A stretch of DNA of 64,000 nucleotides from a virus: the IMG/VR virus record IMGVR_UViG_3300045988_158927, positions 1-64,000 of that record; one strand, written 5' to 3'. Shown here piece after piece: positions 44,191 through 52,130 of this stretch. The first letter of the stretch is position 1. The number at the start of each line of letters is the position of its first letter. The notes under the pieces were generated by a model, which had not been told where the DNA came from, ran no database searches, and was given only the letters and a program-made list of their open reading frames with translations. The position numbers and the translations under genes were made by a program.

Positions 44191-44380
44191 ATACGAGAAA
44201 CTGACCGCCAGCGAGCAACAAGAGGCCGCACTGATGTGCCGTCTCTATCAGCCGGACACGGCTGATATGTCAGACTGCCTCGAATCCCGCGCATCGATGC
44301 TGTTGCTTGTGCGCGAGGTTGCCGAGGCATACGAGCAATGCCTGAAGTCCGGCTACGCAGACTGCGAGCGCCGTATCTGA
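44135..44380 (+). CDS. small secreted Cys-containing protein
   Basis: Signal peptide MKRILPLILILPALASA/GE. The mature part has four Cys. Confidence 0.55.
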   Translation: MKRILPLILILPALASAGEYEKLTASEQQEAALMCRLYQPDTADMSDCLESRASMLLLVREVAEAYEQCLKSGYADCERRI

Positions 44381-44405
44381 TCAATCCCACGAACAAGGAA
44401 CAATC

Positions 44406-45125
44406 ATGCTCTCCTTCAAACCCAAATTCAACTATTTCATTCAGGACATTATCATTTCTGACGTGACGCTTGAAAAAATCCGCGTCGGCAGCATCAAAGT
44501 GCCCGGACTGAACCATAAGCAGTTTATGGGCATGTCTCTCTCTTCCATTGGAAACACGGTTGCAGATCATTACGGAGAATTGATGAAAACCTATAGTCAA
44601 GACGAGCCGTCGTGGATGTCCGTTATCTACGATACGGACGCCATTCCCTACGTTTCGATGGATAACGCATGGCGTGCAGCCGGATGGCATGATTACGTAT
44701 TGACCGCTGGGGAGATCGCGTCAGATTCGCGGATCGGGCAAGCCGAGATGATCGGAAAAACCAATCTCGGGAAAACGAATGTCTACCTCGTAACCGAGTT
44801 TTCCAGCATCGATGCCCCGATGGTGGCCCGCGCAATCAATCACGCTTGCAACGTCATCCCCGGCTTTGAGCCGATTGCGCAGGGATATCGTGTGTCAATG
44901 GCAAGCACGCTTGTCGATGCACTGGAAACTCTGAACGAACGTCACTATGTCGGTGTCGCGCTACGAGACCCAAGCGACGAAGACCGGCGGATGATGAAGG
45001 CGGCGCGTGTGCGATTTTTCGATACCACAGACATACACGGTGAATCCGTCGTCATCATTGGATACAACACAATCCCGAATCCGTTCATTAAGCACGATCT
45101 TCAGGCCGTGGCGAAATACTTCTGA
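44406..45125 (+). CDS. hypothetical protein
   Basis: RBS AAGGAAC, 239 aa. Confidence 0.6.
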   Translation: MLSFKPKFNYFIQDIIISDVTLEKIRVGSIKVPGLNHKQFMGMSLSSIGNTVADHYGELMKTYSQDEPSWMSVIYDTDAIPYVSMDNAWRAAGWHDYVLTAGEIASDSRIGQAEMIGKTNLGKTNVYLVTEFSSIDAPMVARAINHACNVIPGFEPIAQGYRVSMASTLVDALETLNERHYVGVALRDPSDEDRRMMKAARVRFFDTTDIHGESVVIIGYNTIPNPFIKHDLQAVAKYF

Positions 45126-45135
45126 GGAAACAACA

Positions 45136-45306
45136 ATGAACATCCTTCTCTTCTTCGCATTCTGGGCCGTCTGCACTGTGTGGGTTGTCGGATTCTGCAC
45201 GGAAAAATTGGTCAACCTGCCGAAGGACTGGGCGACGATCACGGCTTCGGCTCTTCTCGCACTCTGCTTGGCTTTCTGCCTGTTTGTCATCGCGGAGATT
45301 TTCTGA
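45136..45306 (+). CDS. small two-TM membrane protein (56 aa)
   Basis: RBS GAGGAAAC. MNILLFFAFWAVCTVWVVGFC...ASALLALCLAFCLFVIAEIF. Confidence 0.6.
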   Translation: MNILLFFAFWAVCTVWVVGFCTEKLVNLPKDWATITASALLALCLAFCLFVIAEIF

Positions 45307-45307
45307 T

Positions 45308-45490
45308 ATGGACTTGATCATCTTCCTGTTCGTTGGCGTCACGGTCTTCTTTTTCGCCAATGTCAACGTGACGCTGCAACCCGGTGAAAGCCCGAGGGAT
45401 GCCGTGCGGTACGAGATCGCGGGGAAAGTCATTGTTGCCGTCATCGCGGCGTTCGCAGCGGTCGGCTTCTTCTCGATCATCAATCTGTAA
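45308..45490 (+). CDS. small two-TM membrane protein (60 aa)
   Basis: MDLIIFLFVGVTVFFFANV...KVIVAVIAAFAAVGFFSIINL. It starts 2 nt after the previous stop. Confidence 0.55.
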   Translation: MDLIIFLFVGVTVFFFANVNVTLQPGESPRDAVRYEIAGKVIVAVIAAFAAVGFFSIINL

Positions 45491-45498
45491 TCGGCCAA

Positions 45499-45523
45499 GG
45501 GCGCGCAATTGCGCGCCTGTTTT
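45499..45523 (+). terminator. GC-palindrome hairpin, possible terminator
   Basis: GGCGCGC-aatt-GCGCGCC followed by TGTTTT. The U-tract is short. Confidence 0.4.
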
Positions 45524-45535
45524 GGAGGAATCGTG

Positions 45536-45733
45536 ATGATTTACATCTACGCGGCTTGCGTTCTGTCATTGATCGGCGCGTTTACGGCGCGGCAGGTTAA
45601 GCGTGCCTTGAGCTATGAGAAAGGCGCATCGTGGCAGTATTACCTTCTTTGCCTTGTGAAAGACGCGGCTGAAGTGGCGCTGTTCTCGTTCGCTATCGTT
45701 GAGCTGCTGGACTACGTAAAAGTAGCGGCATGA
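45536..45733 (+). CDS. small membrane protein (65 aa)
   Basis: RBS GGAGG then ATG at 45536. MIYIYAACVLSLIGAF...AEVALFSFAIVELL. Confidence 0.55.
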   Translation: MIYIYAACVLSLIGAFTARQVKRALSYEKGASWQYYLLCLVKDAAEVALFSFAIVELLDYVKVAA

Positions 45734-45746
45734 TGGATGGTCAGCG

Positions 45747-45974
45747 ATGAAAACAAGCGATCTTCGTGAATTTTGGGATGCCTTTGGTCCGGTAATCATA
45801 GTTTTCGGGCCAACTCTTGTCTTTTATTTGTTTTTGGCATGGGTAGCAGTAACAAAGACGCCTAATGAAACTCATGTTTCAAAATCACACAATGCCACAG
45901 ATCGCCATGTGACGTCATGTGCGACGATACGGGTAAATGTCGAGAATGGGCGAATTGTTGAGGGGCGGCAATGA
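45747..45974 (+). CDS. small membrane protein (75 aa)
   Basis: TM FGPVIIVFGPTLVFYLFLAWVAV. Confidence 0.5.
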   Translation: MKTSDLREFWDAFGPVIIVFGPTLVFYLFLAWVAVTKTPNETHVSKSHNATDRHVTSCATIRVNVENGRIVEGRQ

Positions 45975-46204
45975 ATATGCCGCCACGTTGGAAGATAGAA
46001 GATGCAATACTGAATTGCGTGTCCTATGCGTTCGTTGTTGCATTTTTCTCTCTTCCGATCATCGTGTTACTTTTCGTAAGTGACGCACCAAAACCGCCCG
46101 AATGTCTGGTCCAAACAACCGAACGCGGAAACCGCTTGCATATCGTGCTGGATTGCCCTATGATTCCTTCATCCGCTCTCGAAGCACCCACCGATGAGAA
46201 GTGA
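45971..46204 (+). CDS. small membrane protein (77 aa)
   Basis: ATGA coupling. TM VSYAFVVAFFSLPIIVLLFV. Confidence 0.5.
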   Translation: MNMPPRWKIEDAILNCVSYAFVVAFFSLPIIVLLFVSDAPKPPECLVQTTERGNRLHIVLDCPMIPSSALEAPTDEK

Positions 46205-46276
46205 CACGGCTTTTGCGGCCTTCGCTCTGGCCGCCACACTCATCTTTCAATCCCTCATCCTTTGCGAGTTACTCAA

Positions 46277-46369
46277 ATGATCATCAGCGAAATTCCCACG
46301 ATTGGCGAGATCGTCCTCGGCCTTGTCGGCATCTTTGTCCTTTTCTTTTGGTTTGGGGAGGAATTGTGA
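46277..46369 (+). CDS. 30-aa membrane peptide (below the track cutoff)
   Basis: MIISEIPTIGEIVLGLVGIFVLFFWFGEEL. Its TGA overlaps the next ATG (TGATG), and the next gene's RBS GGGGAGG lies in its last codons. Confidence 0.45.
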   Translation: MIISEIPTIGEIVLGLVGIFVLFFWFGEEL

Positions 46370-46986
46370 TGCTGGCTGATTCGATGAGATGGGCCGTTTC
46401 TAACGAAGAATCCCCTTATTTGGAGGGGAAAGGGCTTGGCGGCATTCTTCGGTTTAATGCCGATTCTGAACTTTCGTTTCTTGACATTGATTTGCGTGGC
46501 GTCAATCTGTCTTTTAGGCAAGAGGAAGATATTTTCCGCCTGATAGACCGTGCGCGCAATGTCTTCGTGATTACGTCGAATCAGATATACAGATTCAACG
46601 GGTTAAAGCGAATCGATTTTCTGCACAGATGCTCAAGCACGAAGAAAGGCACAAGAGTTACGCAAGTTTGGTTTGATGGAGATTGCATCGATGAAATCTG
46701 GAAGCGCGTCGTCCGGATCATGGATGCAAACAGTACGGCAGTCCGGGATATTGTGGACGTAATGGGGTATACGCAAGGAATCAACGTCTATACCACGCAC
46801 ATCAAATCGCAAGCGGATGTTACAAACATCCGTGTCCCTGACGGCGAGCGAGTGTACCTGCACGATGTCCAGATCAAGGAAGACGGCACCGCAAGCGGGT
46901 CCATTGTCCATGCCGACAAGGATTTTTATATTCCATCATCAACCGTAGAGATGTTCAAAGCAATCGGGGAAATCAATGCAAAATAA
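46369..46986 (+). CDS. hypothetical protein
   Basis: RBS GGGGAGG then ATG at 46369. The upstream part of the track ORF (from 46201) has no coding look. Confidence 0.55.
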   Translation: MLADSMRWAVSNEESPYLEGKGLGGILRFNADSELSFLDIDLRGVNLSFRQEEDIFRLIDRARNVFVITSNQIYRFNGLKRIDFLHRCSSTKKGTRVTQVWFDGDCIDEIWKRVVRIMDANSTAVRDIVDVMGYTQGINVYTTHIKSQADVTNIRVPDGERVYLHDVQIKEDGTASGSIVHADKDFYIPSSTVEMFKAIGEINAK

Positions 46987-47701
46987 ACCACAATACATGG
47001 ACCGATACTTCATCAGTCCTTTTGCAATCCGTTTCAATTTCCAACCGCCTGAAGGCTTCCTGACCGATAAGGACGTTTTCAATTCCTACGGCCTCGAAGT
47101 CTTGGGGGGATACTGGAAGGCTGGTGCCGATCCTGATGTGGGTGCTTTCAAAAATCGCGTGTATGAGCGCATTGCCTATAACGAACGGCTGACCATGGAC
47201 ATCGGCGTCAATGCACCGATTGTGGCAGCCGTTATGACCGTCAGCAGTAATCGCACAGTGCCTCAATGGATGAAGCGAGGTATTGTTTTCTTCAACGATA
47301 TCGACGATTTGCCGAAGGCATGGCAGAAGAACGTTGCCAGCACGACAGGCTGCGATGCTGGCGGAATCGCATGGAAGGGCGGCAAGCTTGGTGAGCTGCT
47401 GAATGATGCGAATGATTTGCTTCGTTCGGATGAATTCTACGGAATCGAAGATATCACCATGAGCCCCGAGGATGTCAAAGCGACCGGGATTAAGGCAAAA
47501 TTCGGCTGGCTGAGTGACGCCAAAGAGGCCAAGAAGGCAATGTCTCTACGCAAGGGATGGTCAATGCGCCTCAAGGTTGCTGCCAGCGACGGCCATTTTG
47601 GCGGCGAGTTTCTGAAGGCAAAAGGCGTCCAGATCACGGACAATAACGAGGCGCTGATTCAAGCGTTTGCATCCCAATATGGAGAATTCGATGAGCAATG
47701 A
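46976..47701 (+). CDS. hypothetical protein upstream of bet
   Basis: RBS GGGGAA, 241 aa, overlaps the bet start. Confidence 0.55.
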   Translation: MQNKPQYMDRYFISPFAIRFNFQPPEGFLTDKDVFNSYGLEVLGGYWKAGADPDVGAFKNRVYERIAYNERLTMDIGVNAPIVAAVMTVSSNRTVPQWMKRGIVFFNDIDDLPKAWQKNVASTTGCDAGGIAWKGGKLGELLNDANDLLRSDEFYGIEDITMSPEDVKATGIKAKFGWLSDAKEAKKAMSLRKGWSMRLKVAASDGHFGGEFLKAKGVQITDNNEALIQAFASQYGEFDEQ

Positions 47702-48716
47702 ACTTGCGGTCCAGCAGTCCGAATATGCTGTTCTGAACATGCCGCAAAGCACGGCAATCGCCACACTGAAGGCGTCGCTCTACCCCGGCGCCAGTGACGA
47801 AAGCGTTATCAACGTGCTGGAATACTGCCGCGCCGCGAAGCTGGACCCGATGCAGCGGCCTGTCCATATCGTGCCCATGTGGGACGCCAAGACAGGAAAA
47901 ACCCGGGACACAATCATGCCCGGGGTGAACTTCCACCTAACAGCAGCCGAGCGTAACGGCTGCGCGGGCATCGGTGAGCCGGAGTATGGTCCGGATGTTA
48001 CGGAGGTTCTGGGCGAAGAGAGGATTACCTATCCTGCATGGTGCAAGGTCAAAGTTTTGCGTCTGATCGATGGCGGCCGCATCGCTGAGTTTGTCGGATA
48101 TGAGCGGTTCACTGAATGCGTCAGCACTAATAAAAAGGGCACGCCTAACGCCATGTGGAAGAAGCGCCCTTATGGGATGCTGGCCAAATGCGCTATGTCG
48201 CAAGCCCTTCGCAAGGGGTTTCCGTCTGTCGCTGGCGCGTACACGGCCGAGGAAATGGTGGGCAAGACGATTGGTGAAGACGACTATGACGGCTTCGTGG
48301 TCGATGAATCGGAAGCTGCCAAGCCTTCTCCTACGGCCGGAATCAAGACGAAATCCGAGGCTGCCGCCGAGAAAAAACGCGCCACGAAGGCTAAGGAAAT
48401 CGTCGAGGCCGCACGTACCGGCGAGGCCGTGTCTGATGTCATCGAGGACGTGGAGTTTGTCGAAGCCGTTGCGGAGGCTTCAGCCGAAGCGGCGCCACCA
48501 CCTGAACCCGCGAAGACCGAGAAGAAGCGGGAATACCTTCCCCAAGCAGTCCGGCCGTTCGGGGAGTCGCTCTACAACCAGCACGTCAAGCCGATTCTGG
48601 GCAAATGGACAGACCGCACGCTTCTCGATCACTTCGGTCTGAACTATGAAAAGATCATGGATATCCCGCTGGAAGAAGCCCGCAACATCATGCGATTCCT
48701 GTGCGATGAACAATGA
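47691..48716 (+). CDS. bet: single-strand annealing protein, lambda Bet / RecT superfamily
   Basis: RBS GGAGAA. SDESVINVLEYCRAAKLDPMQRPVHIVP and MWKKRPYGMLAKCAMSQALRKGFP parallel the lambda Beta segments SDAQFIALL..YGLNPWTKEIYAFP and PWQSHPKRMLRHKAMIQCARLAFG. Confidence 0.8.
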   Translation: MSNELAVQQSEYAVLNMPQSTAIATLKASLYPGASDESVINVLEYCRAAKLDPMQRPVHIVPMWDAKTGKTRDTIMPGVNFHLTAAERNGCAGIGEPEYGPDVTEVLGEERITYPAWCKVKVLRLIDGGRIAEFVGYERFTECVSTNKKGTPNAMWKKRPYGMLAKCAMSQALRKGFPSVAGAYTAEEMVGKTIGEDDYDGFVVDESEAAKPSPTAGIKTKSEAAAEKKRATKAKEIVEAARTGEAVSDVIEDVEFVEAVAEASAEAAPPPEPAKTEKKREYLPQAVRPFGESLYNQHVKPILGKWTDRTLLDHFGLNYEKIMDIPLEEARNIMRFLCDEQ

Positions 48717-48737
48717 GCATCAGCATGCGCTAACTCA

Positions 48738-48799
48738 TTGACATAATAGGCGGAAACCATTACATTGATACGGTCTCATATCATTTGTTAATGGTTTCC
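48738..48799 (+). promoter_or_regulatory. sigma70-like promoter with overlapping 11-bp inverted-repeat operator
   Basis: TTGACA (48738-43), 17 nt, TACATT (48761-66). Inverted repeat GGAAACCATTA (48752-62) ... TAATGGTTTCC (48789-99), ending 2 nt before the XRE start codon. Confidence 0.65.
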
Positions 48800-48801
48800 G
48801 T

Positions 48802-49377
48802 ATGGACCTTGTTTCAATCGGCAAGCGGTTTTCTGAAGCGCGCAAGATGTGCGACCTCACTACAACCGCTGCCGCCAAACTGATCGGCGCAAAGAATTCT
48901 GTCCACCTGATGCGGATCGAAGCCGGGGAGATTGCGCCTTCTCTTGAGTACGTCATTCTTTGCTCACGCGCCTATAGCGTGACAACCGATTTCCTTCTCT
49001 GTCAATCGTCCGACTTCGAGTTTGACCAGAATTTCCGCGAAGACCGGGACGTTAGCGCCTGTCTGTTTGAGTACTGGGAGAGAACCAGAAAGCGCGACCT
49101 TTGCGCCATTCGGTCCGTGAGCGACCAAATCCACAAGATCAAGGAGAGCACCGAGGAACTGGCATCGGTGGTCGATAGCATTGCGCTTGCATTCCAGCAA
49201 TTCGCGTCCGATAACCCCGAGTTTGAAGACATGCGCAACGGCGCGAAACTTCAAGCCCGTATCTATGGCGGCCGTGAAAAGGTCTCGAATGTGCGCCTAA
49301 AAATCCGACGGTTTGAGTACGCCGGCGAGAAGGCCACCGAGTATCTCAATGACGAATTGGGCCGCAATTCGCCTTGA
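48802..49377 (+). CDS. XRE-family HTH transcriptional regulator
   Basis: IGKRFSEARKMCDLTTTAAAKLIGAKNSVHLMRIEAGEIAPSLEYVILCSRAYSVTTDFLL (HTH_3 pattern), plus a ~120-aa C-terminal domain. Confidence 0.8.
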   Translation: MDLVSIGKRFSEARKMCDLTTTAAAKLIGAKNSVHLMRIEAGEIAPSLEYVILCSRAYSVTTDFLLCQSSDFEFDQNFREDRDVSACLFEYWERTRKRDLCAIRSVSDQIHKIKESTEELASVVDSIALAFQQFASDNPEFEDMRNGAKLQARIYGGREKVSNVRLKIRRFEYAGEKATEYLNDELGRNSP

Positions 49378-50110
49378 ATGGGAACTGTCCCCCAGATATG
49401 GAAGCCGGTGGATTGCAGAGAAATACGGTCTACGCCGCTCTGATGTCCACCGGCATTACGTTTCTGAGGGCTGGAAGAAGTTCAAGGAACGCTTTACGCA
49501 GGCACTACCTGAAGAGGTTATAGATTCGATCATGGCCAAGCGCGACGACGAGGAACCGGACGAGATCAACACTTTTCCCGATGACGTTCTGTCAGTGGGA
49601 GGGAAATACGTGCCCGGCATGCACAAGGTCGCCTATAAGATCGGCCTGTTAGGTGGCACGCTCAAGGATTTGGCCGACGCTTTCGACGTGGCCGAAGGTA
49701 CTGTGGTCCGGTGGTGCAAGGAACATCAGGAATTCGGGGAGGCTGTCAAGCGCGCCCGGATGCTGGCTGATGCAAACGTGGCGCATTCCCTGTTCAAACG
49801 GGCGATGGGCTACCAGATAACAGAAATGAAAGTGGTGAATACGCAGAACGGGCCGGAAGTTTTCCCCATTGAAAAGGACGTGCTACCGGACGTGGCCGCT
49901 ATCAAATTCTGGCTGACAAACAGGCAGCCCCATCTTTGGAAAGATAAGGTTGAGGTAAGGGAGGAAGTAACCTTCAACGCCGCCAACCTTGAGAGGCAGC
50001 TAGAGGGCGTGTACGAGCGCGTTACCGAAGAGATCGAAGAGAAGCAGCGCGCCATTGAAGGACGGGCAGCGCGCCTTGGCTTTGACGTTGAAGATATCGA
50101 GGTGAAGTGA
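49349..50110 (+). CDS. terS: terminase small subunit (probable)
   Basis: HTH-like LKDLADAFDVAEGTVVRWCKEH, then KRAMGY...PDVAAIKFWLTNRQPHLWKDK. It lies immediately upstream of, and coupled to, terL. The start is uncertain. Confidence 0.55.
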   Translation: MTNWAAIRLEWELSPRYGSRWIAEKYGLRRSDVHRHYVSEGWKKFKERFTQALPEEVIDSIMAKRDDEEPDEINTFPDDVLSVGGKYVPGMHKVAYKIGLLGGTLKDLADAFDVAEGTVVRWCKEHQEFGEAVKRARMLADANVAHSLFKRAMGYQITEMKVVNTQNGPEVFPIEKDVLPDVAAIKFWLTNRQPHLWKDKVEVREEVTFNAANLERQLEGVYERVTEEIEEKQRAIEGRAARLGFDVEDIEVK

Positions 50111-51618
50111 TGGCGTTCATCCCGCTGCCAGAAGACCCGCGATGGCTGCCGTTTGTTGAGCGGTACGCCGGAAGCTGCTTCCGTTTTGCGGTCGAAGTGC
50201 TGAAGCTGAAGCCGTCCCTTCAACAGAAGGAATTGATGGATGCCGTCAGTGCCCCGGGTTGTCGTGTCAGCGTGGCGTCGGGGCACGGAACTGGGAAGTC
50301 GTTCAGTCTTTCTATCATCATCCCTTGGCTTCTCTTCACGCACTACAAGGCGTGGGTTCTCGTTACCGCCAACGATATCGACCAGATCAAGGCATCCACA
50401 CTGAAAGAGATTGCGTCACAAATCGGGCGCCTCAAAGAAGGCCCGTATGCGTGGCTGGCAGACAAGATCGAGCTGATGGCGTCCGGGGATTTGCGCGTCA
50501 GAGGGTATGAACAAAACTGGCTGATGGAGCTGAAGACCGCTAACGCCAAGAACGCCAACAAGATGGCCGGCCGTCACGCTAAATTCCTGACCATCATTGC
50601 CGATGAAGGTTCATCCATCCCGGATACCGTCATGATGACTCTGAACGGCGCGCTGACCGAAGCGGCTAACAGGTTCATCATCACTTCCCAGCCCACGAAG
50701 AATAGCGGCTTCTTCTACGATACCTTTAACCGCCTGAGCGAGCGTAACGGGGGGCATTGGCACAACATCACAATGTCATCCATCGATTCCCCGCACGTAT
50801 CGGATGAATCGTTGAAAACGCTATGGGCCATGTACGACGACGATGAGCGGCGCGTGCGCATTCTAGGGTTGTTCCCGCAGGATTCGGCCCGTTTCTTTGT
50901 TGGCAGAAAGGCCGTCGAGAACGCATACAAGCGCGGCAGGATCATCAACGCGAACGAGCACTACGGATACTTCATTTGCTGCGACATTGCATCCGGTGAG
51001 GGCTTGCGAGACAAGAGCGCGGTGTCGGTGTGTAGGGTGTATGGATACGGGGATGAGCGCCGTGTAGAGGTGGTGGACATTCCATTGTTCACGAACAACA
51101 TTCGGTCCAATCAGTTTGCCCATTACATTATCGAGGCGGCAGCGCCCTACCCTAACGTTACGTTCGTGGTGGACAGTGGCGGCCTCGGTATCAACGTCTG
51201 CCAAGACCTAGAGGACGCGGGGAAAATGGTCCAGCGCGTGAACTGGGGCAATCCGTGTTTCCGGAACGTGAACAAGGATCGGTACCTGAATTTGCGCGCT
51301 CAAGCCACGCATCAACTTGCCCGAGCAATCAAGGAAGGGCGATTTAGTGTGCTGACAAACGATCATCGGGCGGTGGGCCTTGATCAGGTATCGCGTATCC
51401 CGAAGACGTTCACCGATAAGGGGCGCTTGAGGGTTCCCCCAAAGCACGGCCCGGAATGGGAAGGGATGGGATCGCCTGACCTTGCCGATACGTGGGCATT
51501 CGCGTTCCTTGAGACTTCCACGTACACGGCCAGCGGCGAAAGTGTGAGCGACAAGACGATGATTTCAGCCGCCGAGGCAGCAACCGAAGAGGCCGCTAAT
51601 CTGTTCTCTGACCTTTAG
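50110..51618 (+). CDS. terL: terminase large subunit
   Basis: Walker A ASGHGTGKS, Walker B LTIIADEGS, C-terminal nuclease-like CCDIASGEG...VVDSGGLG. TGATG coupling to terS. Confidence 0.8.
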   Translation: MAFIPLPEDPRWLPFVERYAGSCFRFAVEVLKLKPSLQQKELMDAVSAPGCRVSVASGHGTGKSFSLSIIIPWLLFTHYKAWVLVTANDIDQIKASTLKEIASQIGRLKEGPYAWLADKIELMASGDLRVRGYEQNWLMELKTANAKNANKMAGRHAKFLTIIADEGSSIPDTVMMTLNGALTEAANRFIITSQPTKNSGFFYDTFNRLSERNGGHWHNITMSSIDSPHVSDESLKTLWAMYDDDERRVRILGLFPQDSARFFVGRKAVENAYKRGRIINANEHYGYFICCDIASGEGLRDKSAVSVCRVYGYGDERRVEVVDIPLFTNNIRSNQFAHYIIEAAAPYPNVTFVVDSGGLGINVCQDLEDAGKMVQRVNWGNPCFRNVNKDRYLNLRAQATHQLARAIKEGRFSVLTNDHRAVGLDQVSRIPKTFTDKGRLRVPPKHGPEWEGMGSPDLADTWAFAFLETSTYTASGESVSDKTMISAAEAATEEAANLFSDL

Positions 51619-51638
51619 AATGACGGGGTGTACACACA

Positions 51639-52130
51639 ATGGGGCACCCCATGAAGAACGTTCTATTCAAGTTTGAAACGCTGTCGGAGAATGATCCGGC
51701 GGCCAAGAAAATCAAAAGCGCCTTTCTGAAGCTCGGCTGCAACGTCGTGGAAATGGCAGTGGGCAAGCCTAAGCGTAGTGCTGGCGTGAGTTACAAGGAA
51801 TTCGACTTCACTTTTGCCGATTCCCAGCGCGTGACGGCCCGTATCAAGCCCACCGGAGACGTGTATCAAGTGCTGCTGAATGGCAGCGTTTTGCCGCTGA
51901 AGAATCAGGATGAGCACCAAAAGGCCATCGAGGAAATTGCGTCGAAGCTGGACGGTGGGCGCGCTGCATTCCAGAAGAAGCTGGCACGTACCAAAGTAAC
52001 TATCCCTGCTGGCATCCGTAACACGGTCAAGGAAACGGAGAAATCCCTGACCGAGAAGCGCGACGCTCTGAAAGAGGTTATTGCCGATCTCGATAAGAAG
52101 ATCGAGGAAGCCACCGAGGCGCTGAAATGA
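51639..52130 (+). CDS. hypothetical protein sharing a module with the next gene product
   Basis: VGKPKRSAGVSYKEFDFTFADSQRVTARI resembles VSKPFKKNGTAQVAVVYELADGQTIGIYF in the 776-aa protein. C-terminal coiled coil. The start could be 51639 or 51651. Confidence 0.5.
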   Translation: MGHPMKNVLFKFETLSENDPAAKKIKSAFLKLGCNVVEMAVGKPKRSAGVSYKEFDFTFADSQRVTARIKPTGDVYQVLLNGSVLPLKNQDEHQKAIEEIASKLDGGRAAFQKKLARTKVTIPAGIRNTVKETEKSLTEKRDALKEVIADLDKKIEEATEALK

